A stretch of DNA of 64,000 nucleotides from a virus, in IMG/VR virus record IMGVR_UViG_3300036852_000742, positions 17,121-81,120 of that record; one strand, given 5' to 3'. Positions 28,172-38,531 of this stretch are shown in pieces. The number at the start of each line of letters is the position of its first letter. Positions within the stretch are counted from its first letter, which is position 1. Position numbers and translations under genes: made by a program. The notes beneath the pieces were generated by a model. That model had not been told where the DNA came from and did no database searches. It saw only the letters and a list, made by a program, of their open reading frames with translations.

Positions 28172-29056
28172 TTAGGCGCCGAACGCGTCGCCGGCAGCGG
28201 ACAGTCTGGTAGCGAGGTCGACGACCGCTGTTGTGAGCCCGGCCAGTGAGGCGCCTACGGCGGCCGACACGGATGCGGTGATCGCGGCGAGTTGCGCATC
28301 GGTCAGCTCGATGGGCGGTGCCGACGCGGCGGCCTCGATCCGGTCGAGCTGCTTGCCCCGCGCGCCCTTATCGGGTCCGTACGCGCCAGCGCTGGTCTGT
28401 TCGCCGGCCCACAAATCGGCCAGCAGAACAGCCGCCGTCCGGCTGCCCACAGATTCGGGTTTGCCCCATTCGCCGTAGTCGAGATCCGTCATTGGGTCCT
28501 CCATGAACGTCGCGATATCGGCGAGCAGCACGTCCCACGGGAACTCAGGCCCAGGGTCGGTGTGGTCGCCGCCGTCCTCAGGCCAGCCGATCGTCCAGTC
28601 GTAGTGCCCGCAGATCCCGCGCGCGGCCGGGTCGCGCACGCCTCGGCCCACGACGCGCACCGCCGGGATGCCCCACTTGGCCATGTCGCGGGCGGCCTGG
28701 CGGGCGGCGTTGCGGATCGTCGCCCGGCTCACCGGATCCAGCCACTGCGCCCGCGTCTGGACGGTGCCGGCCAGCTCGTAGTGGATGCCGAACGCGTTGC
28801 CGTGCCACAGCGCGGTGTGGCTGCGATCCGTCGTCCGTACACAGTGGACGACCGAGTCGCTGTCGACGTGATAGTGGGCACTGGTCCCGTCGGTGCGCCT
28901 CTGGTCGTACGCCGCGCCGCTCTCGCCCGCGTCCGGGCCTTCATGGCCGGCGGTGTAGTGGATCGTCACAAAGCGGGGTGGGCCGTCCGGGCGACCACGC
29001 GAAAACGAGCGCGGGGGCACCCACGCCAGATCCGGATATTCGGGAGACTGCGCCAT
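28172..29056 (-). CDS. endolysin, N-acetylmuramoyl-L-alanine amidase
   Basis: TIHYTAG...SAHYHVD...GIHYELAG...ICGH...HTDPGPEFPWD. Confidence 0.9.
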   Translation of the reverse strand: MAQSPEYPDLAWVPPRSFSRGRPDGPPRFVTIHYTAGHEGPDAGESGAAYDQRRTDGTSAHYHVDSDSVVHCVRTTDRSHTALWHGNAFGIHYELAGTVQTRAQWLDPVSRATIRNAARQAARDMAKWGIPAVRVVGRGVRDPAARGICGHYDWTIGWPEDGGDHTDPGPEFPWDVLLADIATFMEDPMTDLDYGEWGKPESVGSRTAAVLLADLWAGEQTSAGAYGPDKGARGKQLDRIEAAASAPPIELTDAQLAAITASVSAAVGASLAGLTTAVVDLATRLSAAGDAFGA

Positions 29057-29112
29057 CACTGCGCCCCCTTTCGCCGCGTCGAAGGGGGACACTGGGCGCC
29101 GTGAACATTCCG

Positions 29113-29865
29113 ATGAGCAGGGCCCTGTCGGTAGTTGCGGCGCTGGCTGTGGTTGTGGTGGGCGGTGCCGGACCGTCATCCACTCGCGCGGCGGCACTCC
29201 CGGCGGAGTTAGTGATCATGACCATGGGTGACTCGATCACCCTGGCTGCCGAGTCGGGCGGGGAAAGCTACCGCGCTGAGTTGGGGCGGCTCCTCGACCA
29301 GGCCGGCGTCGCGCACCGGTTCGTGATCGCCGCGCACGGCGGTTGGGGCTGCCGCGACTGGGTCCCGCTGGCGCAGAACCTCGTTGCGACGGAGCGGCCT
29401 GATGTTGTGCTGCTGAACTGCGGAACCAACGACGGCGGCCTGCCCGACTTCGAAGGGCAATACTACTGGCTGATCAACAACCTGTTAAGCGGCAACGGGT
29501 GGGGCACTCGGGTGATGCCCAGTTGGGTCATGTACTCGGCTGTGCCACCGGGAGCGGCCTGGTTGCGGGACAGTGAGCCCAGGGCCAACGACGCGATCTA
29601 CCGGGTGATCGTGCCGTCGGTCTGGAAAGCCCAGGGCCGGGTGGTCAACTTCGCCAACACCGGGGCCATCCCCGAGGCTTATTTGGACTCTGGCGGTGTC
29701 CACCCAACAACGGCCGGCTACACGGCGATGGGCAGGCTCTGGTTCGAGGCGTTGCGCCCGGTGTACGGGCTGCCGGACATCGCACCGAAAACGTGCGGGC
29801 TGACTGGGAGAAGACCGGGTGGCCTGACCCCGGCCTACCTTCCATGTACGGTCCTGGCTGGGTAG
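29113..29865 (+). CDS. secreted SGNH/GDSL hydrolase
   Basis: Signal-peptide-like N-terminus; GDSIT, GTND, DSGGVHPT. Confidence 0.85.
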   Translation: MSRALSVVAALAVVVVGGAGPSSTRAAALPAELVIMTMGDSITLAAESGGESYRAELGRLLDQAGVAHRFVIAAHGGWGCRDWVPLAQNLVATERPDVVLLNCGTNDGGLPDFEGQYYWLINNLLSGNGWGTRVMPSWVMYSAVPPGAAWLRDSEPRANDAIYRVIVPSVWKAQGRVVNFANTGAIPEAYLDSGGVHPTTAGYTAMGRLWFEALRPVYGLPDIAPKTCGLTGRRPGGLTPAYLPCTVLAG

Positions 29866-29871
29866 CCGGGT

Positions 29872-30480
29872 CTAGGCCTGGTAGCAGAGGAGGGCGAAGA
29901 TCTGGTCGTTGGTCGCCCACGCCGTCCCCGGGCCGGCGGAGCCCAGCGCGGTGCCGATGCCCTGCTGGAAGATCTCGATGTTGGTTGAGTTGAGCCCTCT
30001 GGCGACGTCGCAGTAAAAGCCGGAGCCGGAGTCTTGAATGAAGACCACACCGGCGCACCGGCTCTGCGCTGCCGTGCTGGCGGCGACCGGGATGCTGAAA
30101 CGGTAGGCGCCCGACCCGGCGGAGTAGGTGGACCCGATGGTGACCGCGAAGGCAAAGAACACGGTCTTGCCGATCTGGACCCACTCGGCGGCGTAGGTGC
30201 TGTTTCCCTTGGTGGGGTTGGTTGTGACGGCGGTGATCGCGAAGGTGGCCGAGTAGTCGGTCCAGGCCCCCAGCGGGAGACCGTTGAGCCAGGCGGCCCC
30301 GCTGTAGCCGTCGTACCGGTCGCTGTCAGCCAGGTACGACAGCATTCCCTCAACCGGTGCGGTGACCGCCGAGGTGCGGGCGGCCTCCGTGGCGAACGGG
30401 GTGACGACCTGGTCGCGGATGTTGGCGTTGGCCCACGCGGCGGTGATGGTCGTGCCGGCGACGTTCGTGGTGTAGGGCAC
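29872..30480 (-). CDS. minor tail / tail fibre protein
   Basis: GTTITAAWANANIRDQV...PVEGMLSYLAD; position after tail tip genes. Confidence 0.7.
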   Translation of the reverse strand: MPYTTNVAGTTITAAWANANIRDQVVTPFATEAARTSAVTAPVEGMLSYLADSDRYDGYSGAAWLNGLPLGAWTDYSATFAITAVTTNPTKGNSTYAAEWVQIGKTVFFAFAVTIGSTYSAGSGAYRFSIPVAASTAAQSRCAGVVFIQDSGSGFYCDVARGLNSTNIEIFQQGIGTALGSAGPGTAWATNDQIFALLCYQA

Positions 30481-30482
30481 CC

Positions 30483-30884
30483 CTACTCCTCCTCCCCACG
30501 CCAAACGCCCAACGGTCGGTGGTCGGCCTCGGCCGGGATCGGGTCGTAGCCCAGGCGCAGGACGCCGTAGCGGGCCGGCGCGCCCATCAGCCGCAGCGCC
30601 TTGCACACCGTGGAGCCGTGCGATTCGCCCTCGACCGCCGCTGTCGACTCATCGGCGGCGTGCCCAGCCCCGGCGCAGTAGTCCAAATTGGACGGTGCGA
30701 CCCCGCCGACCATCACCGCCCACCGGTAGCCGGCGGGGATCGTCGGATGCACGCCCACATCAATCGGGTGGATCACGACCGTCACTTCGGGCACCAGCAC
30801 AGGCCCTGGCGGGCCGGCGGGCACCACCCGCGCCACAAGGTCGGTCTCCGCCTTGGCCATGTAGTCGCTCAGGACTGCCGTCAC
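30483..30884 (-). CDS. hypothetical tail-region protein
   Basis: ORF in operon with RBS. Confidence 0.55.
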   Translation of the reverse strand: MTAVLSDYMAKAETDLVARVVPAGPPGPVLVPEVTVVIHPIDVGVHPTIPAGYRWAVMVGGVAPSNLDYCAGAGHAADESTAAVEGESHGSTVCKALRLMGAPARYGVLRLGYDPIPAEADHRPLGVWRGEEE

Positions 30885-30902
30885 CCGCGCTCCTCGCTGC
30901 TG

Positions 30903-32171
30903 CTAGTAGAAGAACAGCGACGAATCCCAGGTCGCGGCGTCCCACAGACTGGTGGCGTAGATGGTGTACGGGGAGGCTGACCACAGCTCGAAGGCCGTCA
31001 CCCAGGTGCCGCCGGTGATGGTGTGGGTGATACCGGAGACGAACACGTCACGGGTGATGGTGTGGTCGCCCGGGGGGCGGCGCACCACCCGCATGAGGTC
31101 TCTCACCTGCCGGCCCAGCACCTGCGGGAACAGCAACGCGGGCCGGTTACGCGGCCTGACGGTGATCCCTTCGACCCGCAGTTCTGGGTCCTTGTACCGC
31201 TGCACATGCCACGTCGCCAACGCCAAGGCCTGGGCGTCGGTTTCGCAGATCAGGTCGGTGCGGACCTCTGTCCGGTCGCCGTACAAAGCGCGGGAGGTGT
31301 TGTCCGTAGCGATCTGCGCGGTGGACCCGACAGCCGCGAACGAGGCGATGTTGGCGACCAGGTCCCCGTCGTAGGACACCACCGGTTCGTCGTAGGCCAA
31401 CTCTCCGGGCCCGTCACCCCACGTCGCCTGGACTGTGTTCGACCGCGTGTTCTCCATCAACGCGTACTGGTTTTCGAAGACCACCGTCCCGTCGGCGGCG
31501 ATGTACAGCGCCCCGCCTTCGCTGTCGGCGGTTAGCTTCAGCTCGGTGGTGGTGTTCGCGGCCAGGGTGGTGGCCTGCATTGTTTGCCGACCGGGGTCCA
31601 CAGCGCGGTTCCCGGTGTGCCCGGCGGTGTTGAGGATCCGGTGGATGCGTTGCCCCGCTGTTTCCCCGCCGCCGGCCGGGGGCTGTTCGTACCCGTCGTA
31701 GCCGGACAGCCGGGCCAGCTCGTCAGCGCATGGCACCGTCACAACCGCGTCGCCGGTGCGGTCGGTGCCGCCGCCGCCTTCCCAGGACTCCTGCCACGCC
31801 AGGGCGTACCCGCTGAACACGTCGTAGGTGATGCTGTTGTAGGTGGCCCGGACCCGGACCGGGCGCCACGGGCGGATCCCGGTGACACCGCTGGTGACGT
31901 ACGGGCCGGTCAGGTTCGCTGGGGAGAACCGCCCATCAGAGTTGGCCAGGACGATCGTGGCGGCGCCGGCCTCCCACGCCGCCACGTCCCGGCTGAACCC
32001 GCGCGAGGTGAGCACGGACCGAACCCACTCGCTGATGTCGGTCCAGACAACGTCAGGGCCGAACGTCGCGGTGTTGAACAGGGCGCTGTCCCACGCCCCG
32101 TAGCTGCCGGTGGCGGCCGACAACGCCGCCTCCACCGTCAACGTCACACCGTCGAACAGGGTGATGGACAC
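30903..32171 (-). CDS. minor tail protein (hub/tip)
   Basis: WTDISEWVRS...NSDGRFSP...PVRVRA; follows tape measure. Confidence 0.75.
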   Translation of the reverse strand: MSITLFDGVTLTVEAALSAATGSYGAWDSALFNTATFGPDVVWTDISEWVRSVLTSRGFSRDVAAWEAGAATIVLANSDGRFSPANLTGPYVTSGVTGIRPWRPVRVRATYNSITYDVFSGYALAWQESWEGGGGTDRTGDAVVTVPCADELARLSGYDGYEQPPAGGGETAGQRIHRILNTAGHTGNRAVDPGRQTMQATTLAANTTTELKLTADSEGGALYIAADGTVVFENQYALMENTRSNTVQATWGDGPGELAYDEPVVSYDGDLVANIASFAAVGSTAQIATDNTSRALYGDRTEVRTDLICETDAQALALATWHVQRYKDPELRVEGITVRPRNRPALLFPQVLGRQVRDLMRVVRRPPGDHTITRDVFVSGITHTITGGTWVTAFELWSASPYTIYATSLWDAATWDSSLFFY

Positions 32172-32174
32172 AGG

Positions 32175-34964
32175 TCATGCCCTCCACCCCGCCCCGTTGG
32201 CCTTCTCGTACTGGCGGATCTTCGACACGACCACCGCGCCGACTTCCGCCCCGGTCCCGGGCACCCCGTTCACGGTGATGTTGTACGAGTTCCCGCCCCC
32301 ACCGCCGCCGCCCGGCGTGACGGACGCCCCGTACCAGGACGCCGCCCTGCCCAAGATGTTCATGGACCGGCCGTAGTTGCCTCGCTTCGGCACGAACGCC
32401 TCACCGCCGGTGGCGGGTTCGGCGAACGCGTAGCGCGGGCGCGACCCGGCCGAATAGACACTGGCCTCACGTAGCAGACCGCTGGCGGCGTACTCGGTGA
32501 TGCCACCCCACCGGTTGTACTTGCGGCTTGATCCGGTGTACTGGCCGGAGTCGTCGTAGGTCTGGATGTGATCGCTGTAGATCTTGACGTGGGCCACCGA
32601 CCCGTCAAGCCGGGTGATGTCCCGCAGCACGCCGTACAGCTTCCTTTCCGCTTCGGCGAGGCCAGCCATGTCGATCCTCGTGGAGACCACCGGCGGCATG
32701 GTGAACAGGTCGGCGACCAGCTTGTTGATCTGCTCGTCGGTGAACCCTGCCTGACGCATCGTCGAGCGCAACTGGGCAACGTAGCCGTCCCACACGGCGG
32801 CCGCCTCGGTGACGGATCCGGTCTCCTCGTACTTGGCCTGCGCGGATTTGATCGCCGCCTCACGCAGCGACAGGATCGTCTTCTGGTTCTCGCGGCCCTG
32901 GGCGGAGTTCAAATCGAGGGTGGCGCCGTTCTCACCGAACGCCTCCGTCAACGCAATCACAGCTTCACGCGCGGCGATGTCAGCCCCGATGAAACCGGCC
33001 AGGCCACCAGAAAGCTGGTTGAGGACGTCAAGCAGGGTCTGGCCCTTTTCGATTGCCCCTTGCATCCCGTCGCCGAGCAGCAACGCGTTCGCGCTCGCGT
33101 CGCCGAACCCTTTCGCCGCACCTGAGGACGCCAAGGCCGCTCCGCCAGCGGCCACCGAGTACTCCGGGAACAATGCGGTCAGGTCCCCGAGCGCACGACC
33201 GTCGGCGATCCACGCGGCTTCGATCGCCCGGTACGCCATGGCGGCCTGTGTGGCATGTCCCGACTTGGTCATCCCGGCCAGCGCCGTGTCGGCAACCTTG
33301 AAGTCCGCCGCCGCCTGCGCGGCGGCCTTACCCAAGGCCTCGAAGTCACCGGACGGAAGGGTCCGGCCTACGGCAGCACCTGCCGCGTCCTTCACCGACT
33401 TCAGCGCCGAGCTGTACTTGTTGATCGCGTCGGCGGCAGCGCCCATCTTCTTCAGATCCATGCCGAACATCACGTCAAGCGGTTTGGACGTGTTGCCGGA
33501 ACGACCCAAGGTGTCCAACGCCCGCGAGACTTCGTCGATGTCCCGGGCCGCTGGCCCGGCCTTCTTGTTGATCGTGCTGAGGAGGCCATCGACGACGATG
33601 TACGCGGCGTAGATGGCCAGCGCCCACGGGATCGCAGCGTGGATCGCGGCGCCGAGGAAGCGGATGCCGATCGCGGCGTACGTCCCGGCTGTACCCATCC
33701 CGGCCAGCGCCACCATGGCGGCGCTGGCCATCGCAGACAGCCTCATAAACCCGGCGGCAGCAAGTAGCGAAATGCCCGCCAGCCCAGCAACAACAGTGAT
33801 GGTGGAGGTGATCGGGGTTGGGATTGACGAGATCAGGTTGACGAGCGCTTCCAACGACTTCGTGAGGATCCGCAGCCCGCTGGTGACCCCACCACCGGAC
33901 GAAATCATCAAAGTGTCGATGGACCCTTTCAGGTGCTCGACGTCACCGGCCAGGTTGTCCATCTTCGTGGCGGCGGTCTTCGCGGCCGACCCGGACTGGT
34001 TGATCGCGTCGGTGTAGGTCGTGACCCCAGACGCGCCAAGGTCGTACAGGACCGAGGCGCCCCGGATCGCGTCCGTCCCGAAGATCGTGGCCATCGCCGC
34101 GTTGCGTTCGGCATCGGTCAGCTCGCTCATGGTGTCGCGTAGCCGCCCGGCCATTGTCGCCGCGTCGACCATTTTCCCGCTGGAGTCGTACACGCTCAAA
34201 CCCAGTTCTTTCATGACCCCGGCGGCCTTCGTCGACGGGGAGAACAGGTGGATGAGCATGGTTTTGAGTGAGGTGCCGGCGTCGGCGGAGCGCAGACCCC
34301 GGTCGGCGAACGCGGCCAGGACAGCGGTGGTTTCCTCAATGGACCACCCGGCCTGGGCCGCGACCATGCCACCCTGGCGCAGCGCCAAGGTCAGGTCGTG
34401 CATTGACGCGGCTGACTTGTTCGCGGCCCCGGCGAACAGGTCAGCGACGTGGCTGACTTGGCTGCCGGACAGGTGGAACATGTTCATGGCCTGCGCGGCG
34501 ATGACCGCAGCGTCGGCCAGCTCCATCTGCCCGGCGGCGGCCAGGTTGACCGTCCCGACCAGGGCCCCGCCCAGAATGTCGGCGGTGCTCAGGCCTGCTT
34601 TCGCCAGCTCCGCCTCGGCCTGCGCGGCCTGGGTGGCGGTGAATGCGGTGGTCCGGCCGGTGTCCAACGCAAGCTCGCGCAGCCGGGCCAGTTCGTCGGC
34701 GGTGGAGTTCGTGACAGCTTTCACCTCGGACATGGCCTTGTCGAACGCCATCTGGACCTTGATGGCGTACCCGGGCAGGAGGAGCAGGCCTGCGCCGAGC
34801 ACCGCAGCGGCGCGGGTGATCTCACCGAGGCGGGCCGGTGAGGTGCGTCCCAGGTCGTCCAGTTCCCCACCGAAGCGCCTGGTGGCGGCCCCGGCCGCCC
34901 GCAGGCCGGCAAGGTACCCGGCGATCTCCGCCCGCAAAACGACGGACACGGAACGGACAGTCAC
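32175..34964 (-). CDS. tape measure protein (TP901-type)
   Basis: 929 aa Ala-rich; TTAFTATQAAQAEAELAKAG, AGTSLKTML, IFGTDAIRGA, KMDNLAGDVEHL. Confidence 0.92.
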   Translation of the reverse strand: MTVRSVSVVLRAEIAGYLAGLRAAGAATRRFGGELDDLGRTSPARLGEITRAAAVLGAGLLLLPGYAIKVQMAFDKAMSEVKAVTNSTADELARLRELALDTGRTTAFTATQAAQAEAELAKAGLSTADILGGALVGTVNLAAAGQMELADAAVIAAQAMNMFHLSGSQVSHVADLFAGAANKSAASMHDLTLALRQGGMVAAQAGWSIEETTAVLAAFADRGLRSADAGTSLKTMLIHLFSPSTKAAGVMKELGLSVYDSSGKMVDAATMAGRLRDTMSELTDAERNAAMATIFGTDAIRGASVLYDLGASGVTTYTDAINQSGSAAKTAATKMDNLAGDVEHLKGSIDTLMISSGGGVTSGLRILTKSLEALVNLISSIPTPITSTITVVAGLAGISLLAAAGFMRLSAMASAAMVALAGMGTAGTYAAIGIRFLGAAIHAAIPWALAIYAAYIVVDGLLSTINKKAGPAARDIDEVSRALDTLGRSGNTSKPLDVMFGMDLKKMGAAADAINKYSSALKSVKDAAGAAVGRTLPSGDFEALGKAAAQAAADFKVADTALAGMTKSGHATQAAMAYRAIEAAWIADGRALGDLTALFPEYSVAAGGAALASSGAAKGFGDASANALLLGDGMQGAIEKGQTLLDVLNQLSGGLAGFIGADIAAREAVIALTEAFGENGATLDLNSAQGRENQKTILSLREAAIKSAQAKYEETGSVTEAAAVWDGYVAQLRSTMRQAGFTDEQINKLVADLFTMPPVVSTRIDMAGLAEAERKLYGVLRDITRLDGSVAHVKIYSDHIQTYDDSGQYTGSSRKYNRWGGITEYAASGLLREASVYSAGSRPRYAFAEPATGGEAFVPKRGNYGRSMNILGRAASWYGASVTPGGGGGGGNSYNITVNGVPGTGAEVGAVVVSKIRQYEKANGAGWRA

Positions 34965-34991
34965 CCCGCCACCCCCGCACCGTTGCGCCGT

Positions 34992-35402
34992 TCAGCGTCG
35001 TTCCGCCCGCCACCGGGTGGCCTGCATGTGTTTGTGGTCCTGGGCGTGGCGCTCCATCGCCATCGCCACAGCGGTGCACGCCCCGCAGCGGTGCGGCGGG
35101 GGTACCCGGTACAGCTCGGCGTCGGCGTCGGTGGTGGTGTCCGGCAACCACCCGCCGCACCCGTCGCACGTCATCGTGCGGTACAGGCGCAGCGCAAGGG
35201 CATGCGCCTGCTGCTGTTCGTCCCACTCCACGTCGCGGGTCGTGACCGCCGTGGCGAGGCGCCCATCCGGCCCGTAGGTGTACTCGGTCGTGTCGGTGGG
35301 TTCCCACCCGTCGAACCGTTTCAGGCTGATACCCAGCCCGGTGGCTGCCTCTACTCGCCCACGAAGGTCTTCAGAATCGCGGAGGCGGTGGGCGAGAAAG
35401 GG
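34992..35402 (-). CDS. tail assembly chaperone GT extension via -1 frameshift
   Basis: Slippery heptamer C CCT TTC at 35402-35396 (minus); -1 frame open to 34992 (FLAHRLRD...CDGCGG...CGAC). Confidence 0.75.
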   Translation of the reverse strand, partial: PFLAHRLRDSEDLRGRVEAATGLGISLKRFDGWEPTDTTEYTYGPDGRLATAVTTRDVEWDEQQQAHALALRLYRTMTCDGCGGWLPDTTTDADAELYRVPPPHRCGACTAVAMAMERHAQDHKHMQATRWRAERR

Positions 35403-35878
35403 ATATCAACACCGCGCCGGTTCAGCGACCACACCGCGTCAGCCAGTGTCTGGTACTGGAGGTTGGTCAGTTTCTCATCCAGCAACACTGTCCATTGTGC
35501 TTCGGTGAGCACCGGCTCCACGGTGCACTCGCGGATGAGTGCACCGAAGAACGAGTCTTCGTTGACGCCGATCAGCTTGTCGCCGTTGTTGTCCGGGCGG
35601 GGCGGGTGCGCAACAAGCAGCTCAGACCACCGGATCCGGGTCAGTGCCCGCATCCGGAACTCGACGGCACCGGCGCGCATCTCTTCCCGCAGCGCCTCGA
35701 TCCGTTCGGCGATGGCCCGGCGCTGCCCACCGGAGGACAGGGAGTCCGCCGGCCGGTCGAGCATCTCCAGCTCCCGTTCGGCGACCTCCACCTGGGCAAC
35801 CAGGTCCCCACGCAGGGACAGCGGAACGCTGCGTTCGGGGAGCTGCGCGGCGGCGAGCGCGGCGTCAATGTCGAGCAT
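35351..35878 (-). CDS. tail assembly chaperone
   Basis: Between major tail and TMP; ends VDIPFS. Confidence 0.8.
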   Translation of the reverse strand: MLDIDAALAAAQLPERSVPLSLRGDLVAQVEVAERELEMLDRPADSLSSGGQRRAIAERIEALREEMRAGAVEFRMRALTRIRWSELLVAHPPRPDNNGDKLIGVNEDSFFGALIRECTVEPVLTEAQWTVLLDEKLTNLQYQTLADAVWSLNRRGVDIPFSPTASAILKTFVGE

Positions 35879-35972
35879 GTTGCGTTTACCTGTGTGCCTT
35901 GCCTTGTAGGGTTGCGGTGGTGCGGGACGGCCTGCGGGGGAGCGGGACCGTCCCGCACTGTCACGAGCGGGG

Positions 35973-36452
35973 TTAGGCGACGGCAGACCGCAAATCCGGC
36001 GCCGAGGTGATCATGGTGGGGACTTCCCACCGGGCCACCGTGTTCGCCTCCGGGGTGAGGCGTTTGGTCTGCCCGCAGATCACCGGGAACACCTGGATGG
36101 CCTGTGCCGACGTCCACGCCGTGGTCTCCAGCACGTCACGGCGGATCACGATGTACCCGGTGGCGCCCCGGATGAGGGTGGTGTATGCGGTGTCGGTGCC
36201 GGACTGCTTTTTCAACCGCAGCATCGTCCCGCTGAAGTCATCCCGGCCGATTGTCTTGGTGTTGAACGTCGACGACAGGGCGGTGGTGTCCACTTCGGAC
36301 GTTGACGCCTCAAACCCGATCAGCCCGTCGGCGGTGATGACCGACTGGAGGGTGGTGCCCGCGTTCAGCTCGGTCGTGGTCGGGGCGGCGATGTTGGAGA
36401 TGGTCGGCACCCACGACACGCGGGTGTAGCCATCGACGAGGATGTCAGCCAT
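35973..36452 (-). CDS. major tail (tube) protein
   Basis: WVPTISNIAAPTTTELNAG...GYIVIRR. Confidence 0.8.
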   Translation of the reverse strand: MADILVDGYTRVSWVPTISNIAAPTTTELNAGTTLQSVITADGLIGFEASTSEVDTTALSSTFNTKTIGRDDFSGTMLRLKKQSGTDTAYTTLIRGATGYIVIRRDVLETTAWTSAQAIQVFPVICGQTKRLTPEANTVARWEVPTMITSAPDLRSAVA

Positions 36453-37067
36453 CGGTCAGGTCTCCGGTCGCGTTGGGGTGCGGGGCGGCCTTGGCGGCCT
36501 TGGGCTTGGAGTCGGCCGGGGTCAAAGCCGCGACCGTGGCGGGGGGTGCTTTGCGGGTGCCCGGGTTGTCCAGCGACGGGTCGCGGGTCGGGTCCGGCTC
36601 GGGCGGCGCGTCGCACAACTCCCACCCCGCGTGCTGCCACAGTTCGACCGCACCGGCCGCGAACCGGCCCTTGCCTTTGTGCTCGCGGTGCTGCATCCAG
36701 ACGAAGTCGGTCACGATGGCCACTGCCCGCCTCAGAACTTGTAGGCCTCGGCGGTGACCGAGGTCGTGAAGGAGTGGGAGACCGTGGCGACGCCCGTGGT
36801 CTGGTTCACGTTGGCCGGCCCGATGTACATGCGTTTGCGTGCACCGGCGGCGACAGCCACAGTCGCCGCGACACCGGCGTTGCCGGCGGCGGTGGTGCCC
36901 GGGTCGGAGATCGTGACGGTGTCGGTGGAGCCGCCCGCGTTGGACACCTCGTAGATCAGCCCACGGGTGCCCACGTCGGCGGTGGCGATCGTGTCGGATG
37001 CGGCCACGGCGGTCAGGGATACCGCCGCCCCGGCAGCGACCACTGTTGCGACAGTCAAAAGCGCCAT
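36445..37067 (-). other. two small virion-region genes (36445-36723, 36732-37067)
   Basis: ORFs with RBS within late operon. Confidence 0.55.
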
Positions 37068-37130
37068 GCGGCGTCCCTCCTGGGGTGATTGGGGTTTCCG
37101 CCGCACGGGCGGGGCAGCAAAAAAGAGCGG

Positions 37131-37571
37131 TCAGGCCAGGTAGGACATGACCGCGAACTGGTTGATGGCGTAGAACAAGGGCCGCCCGGTGGCCGGGTCA
37201 CGCGCGGCGGGGTCTTGGGCCACCGACACACTCGTGATCACCTCAGTGACCATGCCGACGGTGCGCCCGGTCACCACAGGACGCTGGTCAACAGCGGCGG
37301 CCCTAGCCCGGTCGATCGCGGCGCAGGTTTCCATCCAGTCCCGGCCGACAGCGGTGATCTGCCACCGGAACGTGAACTCACCGGACGTACCAGCCAGGGT
37401 GTTCGTGGCTGTGGCACCGGGGGTCGGGTACAGGACCAGGTACGGGTAGGTCAGGCCGGCGCCGTCGTCGGTGACCTCCACCTCGTACACCGGGTAACCG
37501 GCGTTGCGGTGCAACGCGGCCACGGCGGTGGTGTGGTGCTGGGAGATGTCGAGCAGGTCCAGCCAGCCCAT
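37131..37571 (-). CDS. tail terminator (DUF3168-like)
   Basis: YPYLVLY...WQITAVG...; synteny. Confidence 0.65.
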   Translation of the reverse strand: MGWLDLLDISQHHTTAVAALHRNAGYPVYEVEVTDDGAGLTYPYLVLYPTPGATATNTLAGTSGEFTFRWQITAVGRDWMETCAAIDRARAAAVDQRPVVTGRTVGMVTEVITSVSVAQDPAARDPATGRPLFYAINQFAVMSYLA

Positions 37572-37640
37572 GCCCGCCCCCCCTTGTTTTCCGGGCGGGT
37601 TGACGGCTAGGAGTGCCCGACTCACCGTAGAATTACTTGC

Positions 37641-38531
37641 ATGAGGCCATCCCGTGACGCCCTGGAAGACCTGTACGTCAAGCAACGTAAGACCATGCGG
37701 CAGATCGGGCTGGTGTACGAGGTGTCGAAAACGTCGGTGCGGCGTTGGCTTGCCTTTTACGAGATCCCGTGTCGCACAGCCGACCGAGGGCTGCTCAACC
37801 GGGGGATACCCGAGCCCACGGCTGCACAGCTACATGGCCTGGTGCACAACCAACACCTGGGGTACCGGGAGATTGCCGACATGTACGGGGTGGACCCCTC
37901 GGCCGTTGGCCACTGGGTTACCCGCCTCGGGATTGTGAGGCCAACGATCTGGGGTACACGCCGTAAGGGTGTGCCGATGCCGTACCCGCCGCCCGAGGAG
38001 GTCCGGACCCGCTACGGCGAGGGCGAACCTCTGGAAAGCATCGCCAAGGGCTGCGGCGTGTCCCGCAGCGCGTTACGGGACTACTGCCAACGGAACGGCA
38101 TCGAGATTCGCCCTGACGGGTGGATCGCCGGCCGGCGATGGATGTGCGCGGACGGCCACGCTGTCCGATCGAGCTTCGAACAGCGAGTTGACGACTGGCT
38201 CGGCGACAACGGACTCGACCACGAGTTAGAGCCACGGCTTCCGTTCGACCGGCGGTCCCAAGGGGACTTCCTGGTAGCGGGCCGCATCTATGTGGAGGTG
38301 TGGGGTGTAGTTGGATCCGTGCAGTACGAGGAACGCCGAAAGCGAAAGGCGGGGCTGTACCGGGCACACGGCTTGCCACTGGTTGAGCTACCGGTATGGA
38401 CCTTTGCTCGTGGTGCGTGGGCGCGCAGGCTCAGCGCCGCGCTGTTACCCGGGCATGACCGCCCCCGCTCACAGGGGTGGCGCGGCGGCGATGGTCAGGG
38501 CGGTCAGGAAGTCCCCGGAGTGCCTGTCTAG
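37641..38531 (+). CDS. HTH-repeat + PD-(D/E)XK endonuclease, probable freestanding homing endonuclease
   Basis: Three HTH-like modules then DGHAVRSSFEQRVDDWL...HELEP...DFLV...YVEVWG; antisense to late operon. Confidence 0.75.
   Translation: MRPSRDALEDLYVKQRKTMRQIGLVYEVSKTSVRRWLAFYEIPCRTADRGLLNRGIPEPTAAQLHGLVHNQHLGYREIADMYGVDPSAVGHWVTRLGIVRPTIWGTRRKGVPMPYPPPEEVRTRYGEGEPLESIAKGCGVSRSALRDYCQRNGIEIRPDGWIAGRRWMCADGHAVRSSFEQRVDDWLGDNGLDHELEPRLPFDRRSQGDFLVAGRIYVEVWGVVGSVQYEERRKRKAGLYRAHGLPLVELPVWTFARGAWARRLSAALLPGHDRPRSQGWRGGDGQGGQEVPGVPV

Noticed and set aside
32545-32557. 13-nt match of spacer 6 (cgacgactccggc) to the tape measure gene; 10-nt match of spacer 24 at 13241
   Set aside because: Too short; expected by chance in GC-rich DNA, so not evidence of self-targeting
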